A stretch of 61,370 nucleotides of DNA, counting the filler, from Jimgerdemannia flammicorona (taxonomy: Eukaryota): NCBI GenBank assembly GCA_003990765.1. It is 3 parts of 3 records of this genome, joined end to end, with 100 filler letters (N's around TTAATTAATTAA, not from the genome) between each part and the next. Parts side by side here need not be neighbours in the genome. Positions count along the whole stretch, not along the records: positions 20,497 to 40,887 come from RBNJ01001694.1; 2 more parts are not named here. One strand, given 5' to 3'. Made by a program: the position numbers and the translations under genes. Every line of letters starts with the position of its first letter. Within the stretch, counting starts at the first letter, position 1. Shown here one piece after another: positions 26,901 through 38,907 of this stretch. Under the pieces are notes generated by a model. It was not told the origin of the DNA, did not search any database, and worked only from the letters and a program-made list of their open reading frames with translations.

Positions 26901-29813
26901 CTGAAGATAGAGTGTTGGAGACAGAAAGGTGCCCTAGTTGGTATTTGGTGGATGTAGATGAAAGAGATAGCCAGGACCTACTGGAGGGAGACTGGCAAGG
27001 AGGCTGGGAAACAGAGGAGGCAATGGGTGAGATGGGCTTCTAGTAGACTGTCTAGACTCTTGGAGGATTGGGTGAGACTGGTGACATTGAAGGGGGAGGA
27101 GAATTAGAGATCAATGAGGGTGAAAAGAGAGGTTGGCAAACTACAACAAGTATTGCAGGAGGAGGAAGAGACGAAGGTACAGAGCTTGGCAGCATGGCTC
27201 TATTGACAGGGTTTGAAAGAAGAGGAGAGACTCTCAAAGTATCTCACAAGAGTCCTTTAGGTAAAAAGGGTGCAGCAAAGGTGAGAGGGAGTGCTTGACT
27301 CTGATGGTGTACTGGTGCATAGTATATAAGACATTCTTGGATCTTTAAAGGAGCATTGGAGTGGACTGTGGAGTGAGAAGAAGGGTGGGGTGGATGCTGA
27401 TGCTATTGACCAAGTATTAGAGGATTGGTACCTTCTGTGAGTAGATGGGTTAGGAGACTTGGTGTTGCCAGTACAAGAAGAGGAGATCCACCAGATCCTT
27501 GTCATGATGACATCAGGTATGATACCTAGGGAGGATGGTTTGCCCTAGGACTTCTGGAAGAAGATAGTGAGAATCCCGGGAGTACTGAGTGAGATAACAG
27601 TACTGTGTGATTTGATTCTACAGACAGAGAGATGGGTGGGGGAACAGGATCTGGGATTGGTGACATTATATTATAAGAACAAAGGAAGGTGAGAGAACTG
27701 GAAGAACTGGAGGCTAATTATACTACTGGATATAGACAGAAAGTTGGTTACTAAGATAGTGATCATGAGGCTACAAAAGGTGGCTAAGTAAGTCTTGGGC
27801 ATCAAGCAGAGGGGCTTTATAGAAGGCTGGCTCATTAGAGATGGTACAGTCTGGGTATATGGAGTTATTGAAGGGGTATGAGCTAGTGGATTGGATGGAT
27901 GCCTGGTCTTTTTGGACTAGAAGAAGGCTTATGACTAGGTGAGGTGAGTCTGGCTGGTGAAAGTATTAGATAGGACTGGGGTTCTATACCAGTTCAGGTC
28001 AGCAATAGTCAGTCTACTGGAAGAGAGTAGGGCTGTGCTCATATATAATGGACATAGAGGGGTAGTATTTCCCTTAAGTAGGGGGGTACCCAGGGGGACC
28101 CACTGTCTCCCATTCTATATGTCCTTTCACTGGAACTCTTAATGAATAGAATCAGACAGAAGATAGTGGGGCTCTCTATCTTTGGCATTGGGTGGAAAGT
28201 AGGGGTCTTTGCAGATGATATAGTGGTTGGACTGGGATCCATTACTGATGTGGAGGAGCTTAAGGTAACAGTGGAGTAGTATGAGGAGAACTCTGGGGCT
28301 AAACTTAATTAGCATAAGTGCAAAACAATGGTATTAGGCAATGGTCTGGTGGGAGGGGAGGTTATTGGAACAATCGTCTCTGCTGGTGAGGCAGTACAGT
28401 ACTTGGGTATCTATCTATCAGTATATGGATTGTTTCTACCCAGGCTTTGGTGAGAGCAGTAGGTTGGAATCTGGGAGAGGCCCTGCAGAGTTGGGGGGGT
28501 CACCAATTGTTGCTGGCAGGGTGTATCTCAATTTTGAATGTCTACTGACTACTGAAGTTATAGTATCTGACTTATCATCTGGACTTCTCAGCCTGGGTGG
28601 TAAAGAGATTGATGAAGCTGGCCAAGGAATGGATCTGGGCTGAAAGAAGGAGTCAGATCAGCTAGGAGGTCTTGTCCTTACCAGTGGTAAGTGGTGGACT
28701 TGGGCTAATTGACTTTCCAAAGAGGCTATACTGCTTGAGAGTATGGTGGCTGAAGAGAGCTATAGAGTTGAGAGGGGAAGGTTGGGTTTTCCTATTGCAG
28801 AAGGTCTGAGAGATAAGGTCCTCACCAAGAGGCTTGACTGGAGATCTCCTATCTTTGGTTGGCCTTCAGAACACTGAACAATTATGATACAAAGGCTTCT
28901 GGTGGGGGGTGGCAGAGGGGGTGCACCATATTGGAATTCATTGGCAGAGAAATAAAGGAGAGATGGCTTGGGACCCGGCAATATGGAGATGAGACCAGAT
29001 GTTACTGGGCAGTATTCCCTTACTCAAGTTTGACATTAGTGATGGGATAGAATGCCAAAGGAGACCAGACCAGAATCTGTGACCAGTGGATGGCAAGGGG
29101 TAGGAATTGGAGAAGAGTGGAACTGATGTAGTATTTGGGCCTAGAGTGCTGAGATGCAAAGATAGATGCCACTGAAGTACTGGGTAACTTGGTGGTACAT
29201 GTTGAAGAGGAATGTAATGCTCAACTACTGCTCAGGTCATCTTATTGAGGGAGGTTACTTTGACTATGAGGAGTGCCATAATGTAGAGCAGGAAGGGAGA
29301 TATGTGCAGATATCTGAACATTGACTAGGAGAGTATAAGGTACTTAGTGACTTTTGGTAAACTGTTAGAGATCATTTGGGGGTAGAGTGTAGGGGAGTTA
29401 GCATGTAGGGGCAGTGGGAGGATTTGAGGGATAGACTGGTGGGGGGGGTGGGAAAGGAATAGCTCACATTAGGCTGGGCTCTGGTCATTTAGGTGGGGTT
29501 GGCCAGTCACTGGCTATTTGTTTTTGAGGATAGGAAGAGACTGGGCTTGGGGGTCTGGCTGCTATAGTGATATAGCCTTATGGAAGACACCTTGACAGAC
29601 TGGTGGCTTGGTTGGAGATTGCAGAGTAGTCAGAAGCATCGATTGGTGGAGAAAATCTATAGGCAGAGTGGGGGAAGGATTGGAGTAGTGGGTGAGAAAG
29701 TGGTCTTTGTTCAGGAGAGAGTAGGGAGAGGCTCCCCTATAGGGATCAGATAGTGGGAGGAAATACTGTAAACTTATTAATAGACTGGTAATAAATGGCA
29801 GAGTCTAAGTGAC

Positions 29814-29885
<72 letters not shown>

Positions 29886-29974
29886 TAAAAAAAAAAAAAA
29901 AAAACCAAAAAATTTATTTTATATTTTAAAAAAATTTAAAAAAAAAAAAAAAAAACTATTTGAAAAAAAAAAAA

Positions 29975-30048
<74 letters not shown>
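23962..30048 (+). mobile_element. Full-length L1/Tx1-clade LINE family B, degenerate; ORF1 24042-~26080, ORF2 ~26098-29752 (EN-RT)
   Basis: FSLNVNG, LQDV, GGDYN, WSDHW, NWRLI.LLDIDRK, RGVPQG, FADD. AATAAA and a long poly(A). 15-bp TSD TATAGAGTATAGATA at 23938 and 30049. Confidence 0.93.
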
Positions 30049-30052
<4 letters not shown>

Positions 30053-30519
30053 GAGTATAGATACTAAAAATAAACCTATATACTTATTCTATATATCTAT
30101 AAAGTTTAGAAAAGAAAAGAAAAGACTCTTTGAGAATAATAAAAATTAGATAAAAAATAAACAAAAGAGTAAAAAAGTATCTATTATCTATTACTTATAT
30201 CAGTTTATCTACTCTATAATACTGATATCTCAATCTTCTTTTTTAATTTCTTTTATTTTATCTTTCTATTTCTGATATATAACTAATTTCTATCTAGTTT
30301 AAATAACTACTATATTCTAGATAACTCTTAATATTTAGATAATATATAAAAGATACTAAATGACAAAATAGCATAAAAGATATCTAATGATAAAATAGAA
30401 CTATAAAATATTATAAAAGATATAAAATAGTATAAAAAATATAAAAAATATAGAATATTGTAAAAAATATATATAATAGATATAAAGTAGCATAAGAGAT
30501 ATATAATAACATAATATAA

Positions 30520-31340
30520 AATAGTAGAGAAAGAAGGCCCAGTAGAAGTTAGGAGAGTAAACTCAGAGCCATGGTTGAAGTAAACAGAAGATATATAGAA
30601 AGGTAGAATAAATAAAAAATATAACTGAAAATACATCAGCTATTTATTGCTATATAAAAGTATAGTCCTTATATATAAAATATAAGATCCCAAAAGGAAA
30701 GATATACCACAATATAGAGATAACTGAATTAGGAATCACATGACTGCTAGAGATAAGTAGAGATAAAGAGAGAACCAATCTCAGTTATAGGATAAAAATC
30801 ACAAACAATTATAAATAAAACAAATCTAAATCAAGATTAAAAAACATCCTTGTCCCCTCTAGAGTCTCATGCTCACTCCAGGGTCTTGGTCTTTACTCTA
30901 CTCACCTCTGCTATCTTCAGCCTCTTACTTTACTTAAGCTTACTACAGCTTACTCTATTTTGGCCTTACCTCTCACTCACACTCATTCTTCTGGAGTCTG
31001 CAGATATTTTTTAATCTTGATTTAGATTTATTTTGTTTGTGTTTGTTTGTGATTTTTATCCTGTAACTAGGATTAGCTCTCTCTTTATCTCTACCTATCT
31101 CCAGTAGTTATGTAATTCCTAATTTGGTTACTCTATGTTATGGTGTATCTTCTCTTTTAGAATCTTATATTTTATATATAAGGACTATATTTTTATACAG
31201 TAATAAACAGCTAATGCATTTTTGATTACATTCTTTATTTGTCTCTCTTATATATATCTTTTTATATATCTTTTATTTATTTCAACTATAGCTCTGAGTT
31301 TGCTCCCCTGGCTTCTACTGGGCCTTCTTTCTCTACTACT
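30520..31340. repeat. ~330-bp inverted repeat arms (30520-30848 / 31003-31340) around a 154-bp CpG-decayed hairpin-like spacer
   Basis: The arms are reverse complements (e.g. TCAAGATTAAAAAACATC / GATATTTTTTAATCTTGA; AGAAGGCCCAGTAGAAG / CTTCTACTGGGCCTTCT). Spacer plus right arm recur at 38409-38907. Confidence 0.9.
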
Positions 31341-31739
31341 ATTCTGTCTGCCCTCAGGGCCTCTATCTCTATTGATGAGATTATGGACAAGGTTATATCT
31401 CCTTCTCCTCTCTCTACTTTCATCTCTGCCATAGTCTTGTTTAAGACTTATATCTTATTCACTGTTCTCTTTCTCTCTCTGGACCTTTGCTCTTCTGATT
31501 ATCTGCTTCTCTCTTAGTTTTAATCAGTCTTTGCTCTCTCTGCCAAGGAGGCTCATCTCTGCTGAGATATCAATATTATTGCTCCACTTACTGTCTGCTA
31601 CTCTATCCTCTCTGAGACTTACCATCAAGTCCTCTCTAAGGAAATTCACACTATCTCTATCACCATCAAGGCTGCTACTACCAATACTATCACTATAACT
31701 GCTACTGCTATCTCTGCCTTCTTCTAACATACTTATATC

Positions 31740-32314
31740 TAGTGCTCCGAATGAGTCAATCCAGATGGGATTCAGATAGATTCGAATCCCATCTGGATCA
31801 ACTCGGATTGGATTCGAATCCCATCTGGATCAACTTGGATTGGATTCAAATCCCATCTGGATGGATTCGAATCAACCATTGTTTTGATTTCCAAATTGGA
31901 CAATTAAATATTTACATCAATAACTCAATGAATAATCATCCAAATTTGATGATCTTAGTGTCATTTGAAAGCCCTTAATAAGGCCTTTCTAATTATATCA
32001 AGAATATTAAAATCGGATTATGCGTTGCCGAGATATTAAGGAAACCGTTCTATTTGACGAAATTTCCAAAATCGGCAAATCGAAGAATTTCCAAAATCGG
32101 CGATTCAGACGGTTTCCTTCATAACTTAGCAACGCATGATCGGATTTCAATGTTCTTGGTATCATTAGATAGGTCTTATTAAGGGCTTTCAAATGACACC
32201 AAGATCATCAAATTTGGAAATCAAAACAATGGTTGATTCGAACCCATCTGGATGGGATTCAATCCGAATCAATCTGAATCCAATCCGGATTAAATTGACT
32301 CATTAGGAGCACTA
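31740..32314. mobile_element. hAT-type MITE (575 bp)
   Basis: TIR TAGTGCTCC(G/T)AATGAGTCAAT. 8-bp TSD CTTATATC at 31732 and 32315. Subterminal GGATTCGAATCC-like repeats and internal inverted repeats. Confidence 0.88.
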
Positions 32315-32390
32315 CTTATATCTCCTTTATGACCCTCATCTTCTCTCACCTTTTGGATGCTGCCCTCTTCTATAGCTTTGATGTCTATAA

Positions 32391-33584
32391 TTTTTTTTTT
32401 TTTTTTTTTTCTTTTTAACAAACTCAATGTCTCATGAAATTTTATTGGAAGGGAACCTAGACTATATAGGCCAAAACCCTCCCCCACCACCCACCAAGCA
32501 CTGCCCCCCCATTAATCTAGACTAGCAATTGTTCAGCAGCTCAACCATATCAGGTACAGCAGGGCCTATATTAGTCCGCATCTCATTCTGTGCACCATGC
32601 TCTCCCTACCACCAGAGGAAACCCAACCATATGCCAATAACCAAAAGCATACACCTGAGAACCCAATGTATGTACAAGGTCATACCTAAGCTGAATAAAA
32701 TAGCCCCTGCCACTCCAAAGAGAATGACAGGCAAAGAAAAACCTCATAAAAGCACAACATAGTGGGTAGGGTCTGGTTCTCCCAGTTGAGGTGAGTAAAG
32801 GACTTACACATGAGGCAGGAGGAGACCCCCAATACCCCACTACTCAAGTCTGTGGGCCTCAATCACGTTTCCATATCAGCCCCCAGTTCTAGTTGAGTAT
32901 AGCTAAGATGCCTGAAATGGGTAGTCTTGGGCCCCCCAACCCCCTCTGATGACTAGGGCCTAACCCGCCAACCCACCAAAAGAAGTCAAGAGTGACACCT
33001 ACCACTTAACTGCACCACACCAATCAAAAGGCCTCACCGAAGTAGTACCTGCCCCAGCCCCAACAACCACCCCCAGCCTGGCACTCTACTAGTCCACCAT
33101 TATTGCCCTTCCTCCTATCTATAATGGCCATCTTCCCTCCCATCCTGACAACACCCAAAAAGCAGTCACCTATGCCAGAACTGCACTTGCCAGGAAGCTT
33201 GCCAAAGCCAGAGGGCCCTACCACAGGCACTGAAGACCTGCAGATAACCTATACTGAGCACTTGATGCCCAAGGTCAGCCAACTCTCTATATAGCCCAAG
33301 ATATACCAAGACAATACCTTGTTGGTGACAGCAAAAGGAAGAAGGTACTGCACCAAAACAGATGTACTCCAGACACAGCTGAAGGCACCAGAAACTACGA
33401 AAAAGTGGAGAAGACACTGATCTGACACCGATAAAGGGGCAACTCATCACCATTGCCTCCCTTCCACTGCCCTGTAATAGGTACAGCAAACCAACCCAAG
33501 GTAGAGGGGGTAATAATTGTAGAAAGAGAACTCGGAAGATTGCCTACCAAACCATTGTGACCAGTAAGATAATAGAGAAAGGGG
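32391..33584 (-). mobile_element. S1 retroposon copy 4 (subfamily b), full length
   Basis: Poly(T) at 32391-32415, 5' end CCCCTTTCTCTATTATCTTAC, colinear with the other copies. Confidence 0.9.
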
Positions 33585-33594
33585 AAGATGCATG

Positions 33595-34210
33595 TTTATA
33601 GCTATTTATTACTAGTCTATATATAAATTTACATACTCTCCTCCCACTATCTAATCTCTATAGAGGAACCCCCCCCCTCTCCTACTCCTTTATACTTAAA
33701 AATTACCCTGTCTCCTACAACCCCAACCCTCTCTCTGCTCTGTCCACATATCTTCTCTACTAAATGATATTGCTAACCCTCCTGCAATCCTCACCCAAGC
33801 CTCTAACCCATCAGAGTATCCTCCATCAGCCTTTCTCATTGCAACAGTTATACCCCTAAGTCCAGACATCTCTCATCCTCAAACACATACAGCCAGTGAC
33901 CCACCAACCCTATCTATATAGCTAGTACCTACTCTAAAGTAAGCTACTCTCTCCCAACCCCTCTCACCAATCTGTCCCACAGATCCTCCCACTGACTCCA
34001 CACACCATTCTCCTCCACATAACACCCAACCTCTCCCCAACTGCTATTCAAAAGTCATTGAGCACCTCATACTTCCTTAGCCAATATTCAGATATCTGTA
34101 CTAAACCCCCTTTCTGTCCAACATTATGGCACTCTTTACAGTCAAAGGATCTCTCTTCCACCAGGTGGCCAGAGTGAAAGTTGAGCATAACATTCCTTCT
34201 CAATATACAT
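33595..34210 (-). mobile_element. 3' fragment of a LINE-B/C-like element (ORF2 C-terminus, AATAAA, no poly(A))
   Basis: Reverse complement resembles 29200-29800 (ECHNV, GIR* stop region, AGACTAGTAATAAAT). Confidence 0.75.
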
Positions 34211-34815
34211 CACCAGACCACCCAGTCATAATGTTCTCTTTGCCACTACTGACATCAATGCTGTCTATCATTTCCTTCTTATCTATACCTCCTTTGTCAC
34301 TCATCTTTATGAGTAGAAAATATCTCATACTGCTACTGCTACTTATGCCACTACTACTACTCCTGCTCCTGCCTCTTCTGAGGTCTCAGTCTCTAAGACC
34401 ATTTGTACTAAGGCCCATACTACCACTCATACTGAGGTTTGTTCCTTTACTACTTCACTACTATGTATTACTGCCAAGGTCCCCACCAAGTCAAACAAGA
34501 CTTCATCAGCCTTTTCTCAGTTGCCCTCTCCTGCTAAGGCCTCCTCAGTTCCCCTACTCTCAAGTATAACTATACTCTTAGTTCTTGCCCTATTGGGGCT
34601 TAGCCATATACTATCTGCTCTAGTCACCTCCACTATATCTACTGGCATCCAGTTAAGTCTGTATGCCCCCATGGTGGTATCTCTCACTCTGTGACTCCTT
34701 CTACTGCTTGTTCTCCCTCTATCTCCTCTATTGGTTCTTCCTCTATCTCCTCCATCTATGTCTCTAAATGTAAGGATTATATGAAAGCCTATGGTCATAA
34801 GGTCTGGTACTCTGG

Positions 34816-36259
34816 GACTTCTTTCTCTCAAACCATACCAATTAAAAGGTCTGGATGGAAATTAGATCAGGGGAAGGGAGGCCATTAGTATCCCAAGATT
34901 GGGTGTGCCAGAAGTGGCAAGAGAAGAGGAATCTATTAGTGTTGAGTTGTCCCAACCTCAAGGCTACAGTTTTCAAGAATTTAAGGTTTCCATCATTTCA
35001 TGAGCTAGACAGTGTAATGCAGGCTCTGGGAGCTACTGACAACAACTCAAGAAGATGTAGAGTCTTTCTTCTGGTGATGTAGTCAGCTTTGTAATGAGTA
35101 TCTGACTTACTGGCATACTCTGGCAGGCTGGGGGATATGGGTCAGGCCCTTAGACTTTCTTTACTCAGGGGGGGACTCTCACTACATCCTCAAGATATAG
35201 AAATATACTAGGAGATTTCAGAAGATACTTGGAGAATTTCAGAAGATATAGCTGATAATTGGTTAAGATAGATGAGGTGATTTTGATATATAGTACAATA
35301 GCAACTGGTGATTGGTAGATGTTAGATATGTAGTGTGATTCAAGATGGTAGTAATGATCAGGCCAAGTGATTGGCCAGTGATGGTATAATGATCAGCAGA
35401 GAGATCAGCAGGGTGACCACTTTGCTACTTTGGGAAGAGAGGAGCTGATAGACTGGGTGCATACTATAGAGGTACTTAAGGTACTGGGGTCACATTTAGT
35501 AGCCCTTTGGGGTAAGACTAGGTATGACAGCAGTGCCATTTGAGGTACTAGTGTCACAAGTCAGATAGTAACTTCTGACTCAGAGCTGGGCAGAGAGAGT
35601 AACAGTTAGATGGCAGACTCATTTTTTTTTTTTTTTTTTTTTTTTTTTTGTTTAACGGACTCTATGTCCCATGGATTTTTATTGGAAGGGAATCTAGACT
35701 ATATAGGCCAAAACCCTCCCCCACCACCCATCAAGCACTGCCCCCCCATTAACCTAGGCTAGCTATTGTCCAGCGGCTCAACCATGCCAGGTACAGCAGG
35801 GCAAAGTAGCCCGCACCTCATTCTGTGCACCATGCTCTCCCTACCACCAGGGGAAACCCAGCCATACGCCAACAACCAAAAGCGCATGGATGGCAGACTC
35901 ATTCATTAAGTATATATATTAGTACTGGATAGCTAAGGTGGAGTAGAGTAACTCATTGTTGGAGATTTATCAGGCCTGCATGCTATTTTATTTCTTGCTT
36001 CACTATTGTATATATTATTTATATGAGGGGACCAGCCATGGCCTTGGTAGAGTATTGTTATAGATGAGGAGGAGGAGTGGGAGCAGTTCAGGATAGAGAG
36101 AACCAGGCCCCAGCCACCTTGGCCTTATCAAGGTTAGATATCAGGTAGCCTGAGACTACTCTTTTTAGAACCTAAACCTACTTACTTTCTTGTCAGGTAA
36201 TCCAGGGAATGTTTTCCCACTGTTCACTATATAACTATATTTGGAATAAATTAGTATAG

Positions 36260-36309
<50 letters not shown>
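34816..36309 (+). mobile_element. S2 retroposon, full length (~1.2 kb after removing nested S1 copy 5)
   Basis: TSD G(G/A)TCTGGTACTCTG at 34801 and 36310. Starts GACTTCTTTCTCTCAAACC. AATAAA and poly(A) at 36260-36309. Confidence 0.82.
35622..35888 (-). mobile_element. S1 copy 5, 5'-truncated, young (CpGs retained), nested in S2
   Basis: Poly(T) at 35622. TSD GATGGCAGACTCATT at 35609 and 35889. Confidence 0.9.
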
Positions 36310-36311
<2 letters not shown>

Positions 36312-36369
36312 TCTGGTACTCTGATAGAGTATGCTCCTGCTTGTCAGACTTACTATCTTCAAAAAAAGT

Positions 36370-38400
36370 CAGAGGAAAGAGAAAGATCTCTCACTCTTAA
36401 ACTTCCTCTTAGTATAGTTCTCTTCTAGTATCTCATCTCTTTTTGGATTCCATCATCACTTCTAGTATACCCTGAGTAGTTCTTCATGCTGTCCCTCCTT
36501 CATCTTTCCCAGTTGCTTGTCCCAAATTTTCAGGTTTATTCTTCTTCTGGAGTACTTTTGTCTCCTCCTTTTTCTTCAGCTGACTGCCTTCTTTCTCCTC
36601 TTCAAGTCTTTGCCTTATTCTTGAGTTCTCACTTTGTTTTTCCTATGACTCCCTTCCAATTCTCCTTTACTGATCTAGCTCATCTTATATATTTCATCAT
36701 GCTCTTAATCTTGTCATCTTCTTTGAAGATTGCAGTGAGATGCTCTCTTGCTATTATGTCTCCAGTAATTGAGTCTCCTCTTCCAATATCTCTTCACACT
36801 GCATATTCCTTGACATAGCTTACTTGCTATTTATTCCTGAATATACTTACTCTTACTTAATTTCAGACTATACTATATATACTATACTTAAATTAGTCAA
36901 GTAATTACCTTTGTATTTACTCATAGTTACTGATAAGAATCAAGATTTTGTACTTATTTCTAAATCACTCTATCTTGATGGCCTTTCTGCCCTCCTTCAT
37001 ACCATGGCTTATAAGTTTAGTATTCTTAGATTGGATGAGATTCTCACTCTTCTTCAGATTTCTCTGGCTCATACCAGATCACTTTTGAACTTCCCATTTA
37101 TAAACCCTATTTTTAACTTCTTCCAGAACTCTTTCCTCTCATCAAACATTTATCTTTTGGTTTTATATACTCTTTCAAAAGTTTATCAGCCTCTTTTGGC
37201 TTGATATTCCATTACAGCTACTTTTAGTTTACCTACTACTGAGGTCTTGAAATAGTTATTTCACTTCTTCCTCTCCTAAATAGCACTTCTTCAACACTAT
37301 CTTGGACCTAAGTATACTATTCTTCATAATACTCAGAAGCTTGCTCTCTTTTACTCTACTATTATACCTATTCATCATTTTTCCCACTTGGTCTCTGGTA
37401 ATTTCTCTTCTTTCTATACTACTATTCATTTTGATGAGATCAATAATTATCTTCACTTCTTGGGTTTCATTGTTTTTTCTTTAGATTTCTCAGTTTTTCT
37501 GACTTCTATTATTGAGCTTACACTCCTTATCTATAGCTTTAATTATTTTGAGTCAGTTCTTGACTCCTTCTATCAGACTTCTAATATTACTATAGGAATG
37601 AATTATACTCCTACTCTTATCAATCTCATTGGTCTGACCCATGAACTTCATGTGATACATAATTTCTTTTTACCTCTTTCCATTGTATTCTGAGCTGAGA
37701 ATATCTTCTTTCACTAATACATTGATAACTTTATTATCCTTGTTATTGCTGATATCAATATTCCTAGTATATTTTGTAGTATTTACCCTCTTTATCATTC
37801 TATTACTTAGGTGTACAGTATGACTAGTATTCTCTTTTTAGACCTTTTTATTTCTCTTTCTCCTTTCTAAACTATTATTTATTCTCATTTCTCCTATTCC
37901 TAATAGTTCTTTGACTTCTGTTCCAATTATCCTCATTATACTCTTCTTGAATATATTTGTAATGAGGTTTGTCATCTTGTACTCTACTGCTCTCATCATT
38001 CTGACTAGATATCTACTGTTTAGGTTCTTGGCAATTTTGTAATCTATCACTATGCCTACTCTATTTCCATCATTTGTGATTTACTTACTTCTGTTAAATG
38101 GTCTGTTGTTTGCTCTTCCCTCCTCTCTTCTCTTTATCCCTCCTCTTTTCTCTCTCTCTCTCCTTATCTATTCTATACTCTCTCTTCTTTCCCACTTCTG
38201 ATTCTTATCATACCATTTAATTATACTCATTGGGTTGCACAATACTCTGATACTGTCCTACACTCTTCTCTTTTATACTATAGACTTTCATCTCTTCCTC
38301 AATACCTTCTAATTGTCAGATTGTATCTTCTTTCTATTTCTTCTTTAATCCATCACTTTTTTTTTACATTTTCATCACCTTTTGGTATCTTTAGTTTTTC
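36370..38400 (-). pseudogene. Array of ~3-4 co-oriented, intronless, purine-rich decayed ORFs of unknown function
   Basis: Frames stay continuous when TGA/TAA/TAG are read as CGA/CAA/TGG. Examples: ~280 codons at ~38080-37256; DERKEFWKKLKIGFING at ~37140; DIGRGDSITGDIIAREHL at ~36790. Confidence 0.5.
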
Positions 38401-38408
38401 TGGAGAAA

Positions 38409-38907
38409 ATTAAAAAACATCCTTACCCCCTCAGGGATCTCATGCTCACTCTGGGGTCTTGGCCTTCACTCTGCTCTCCTCTGTTATCTTTGGCCTCTTA
38501 CTTCACTTAGGCTCACTGCAGCTCACTCTGTTTTGGCCTCACTCCTTGCTCATGCTCACTCCTTGGGGGTCTGCAGATGTTTTTTAATCTTAATTTGAAT
38601 TTATTTTATTTGTATTTATTTATAATTTTTATCCTATAACTGAGATTGACTCTCTCTTTATCTTTGCTTATCTCTGACAGTCATGTGGTTCCTAATTCAA
38701 TTACTCCTGTGTTGTGGCATATCTTTTCTTTTTTGATCTTATATTTTATATATAAGGATCATACTTTTGTAACAATAAATAGCTGATGCATTTAGTTATA
38801 TTCTTTATTCATCTCTCTTATATATACCTTTCCATATGTCTTCTATTTACTTTGATCATAGCTCTGGGTTTACTTTCCTGGTTCTCACTGGGTCTTCTTC
38901 CTCTACT
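38409..38907. repeat. Second copy of the hairpin spacer plus arm, in direct orientation to 30838-31340
   Basis: ATTAAAAAACATC...GATGTTTTTTAAT flanks the same spacer. The arm is colinear with 31003-31335. Confidence 0.9.

Noticed and set aside
29809..30060. Poly-lysine ORF
   Set aside because: Translation of the LINE-B poly(A) tail, probably with homopolymer sequencing noise.
38580..38907. Hammerhead ribozyme in the hairpin-element arm, or HDV-like ribozyme at S1 5' ends
   Set aside because: No CUGANGA...GAAA core or HDV pseudoknot found by eye. Decay could hide one, so a covariance-model search is needed.
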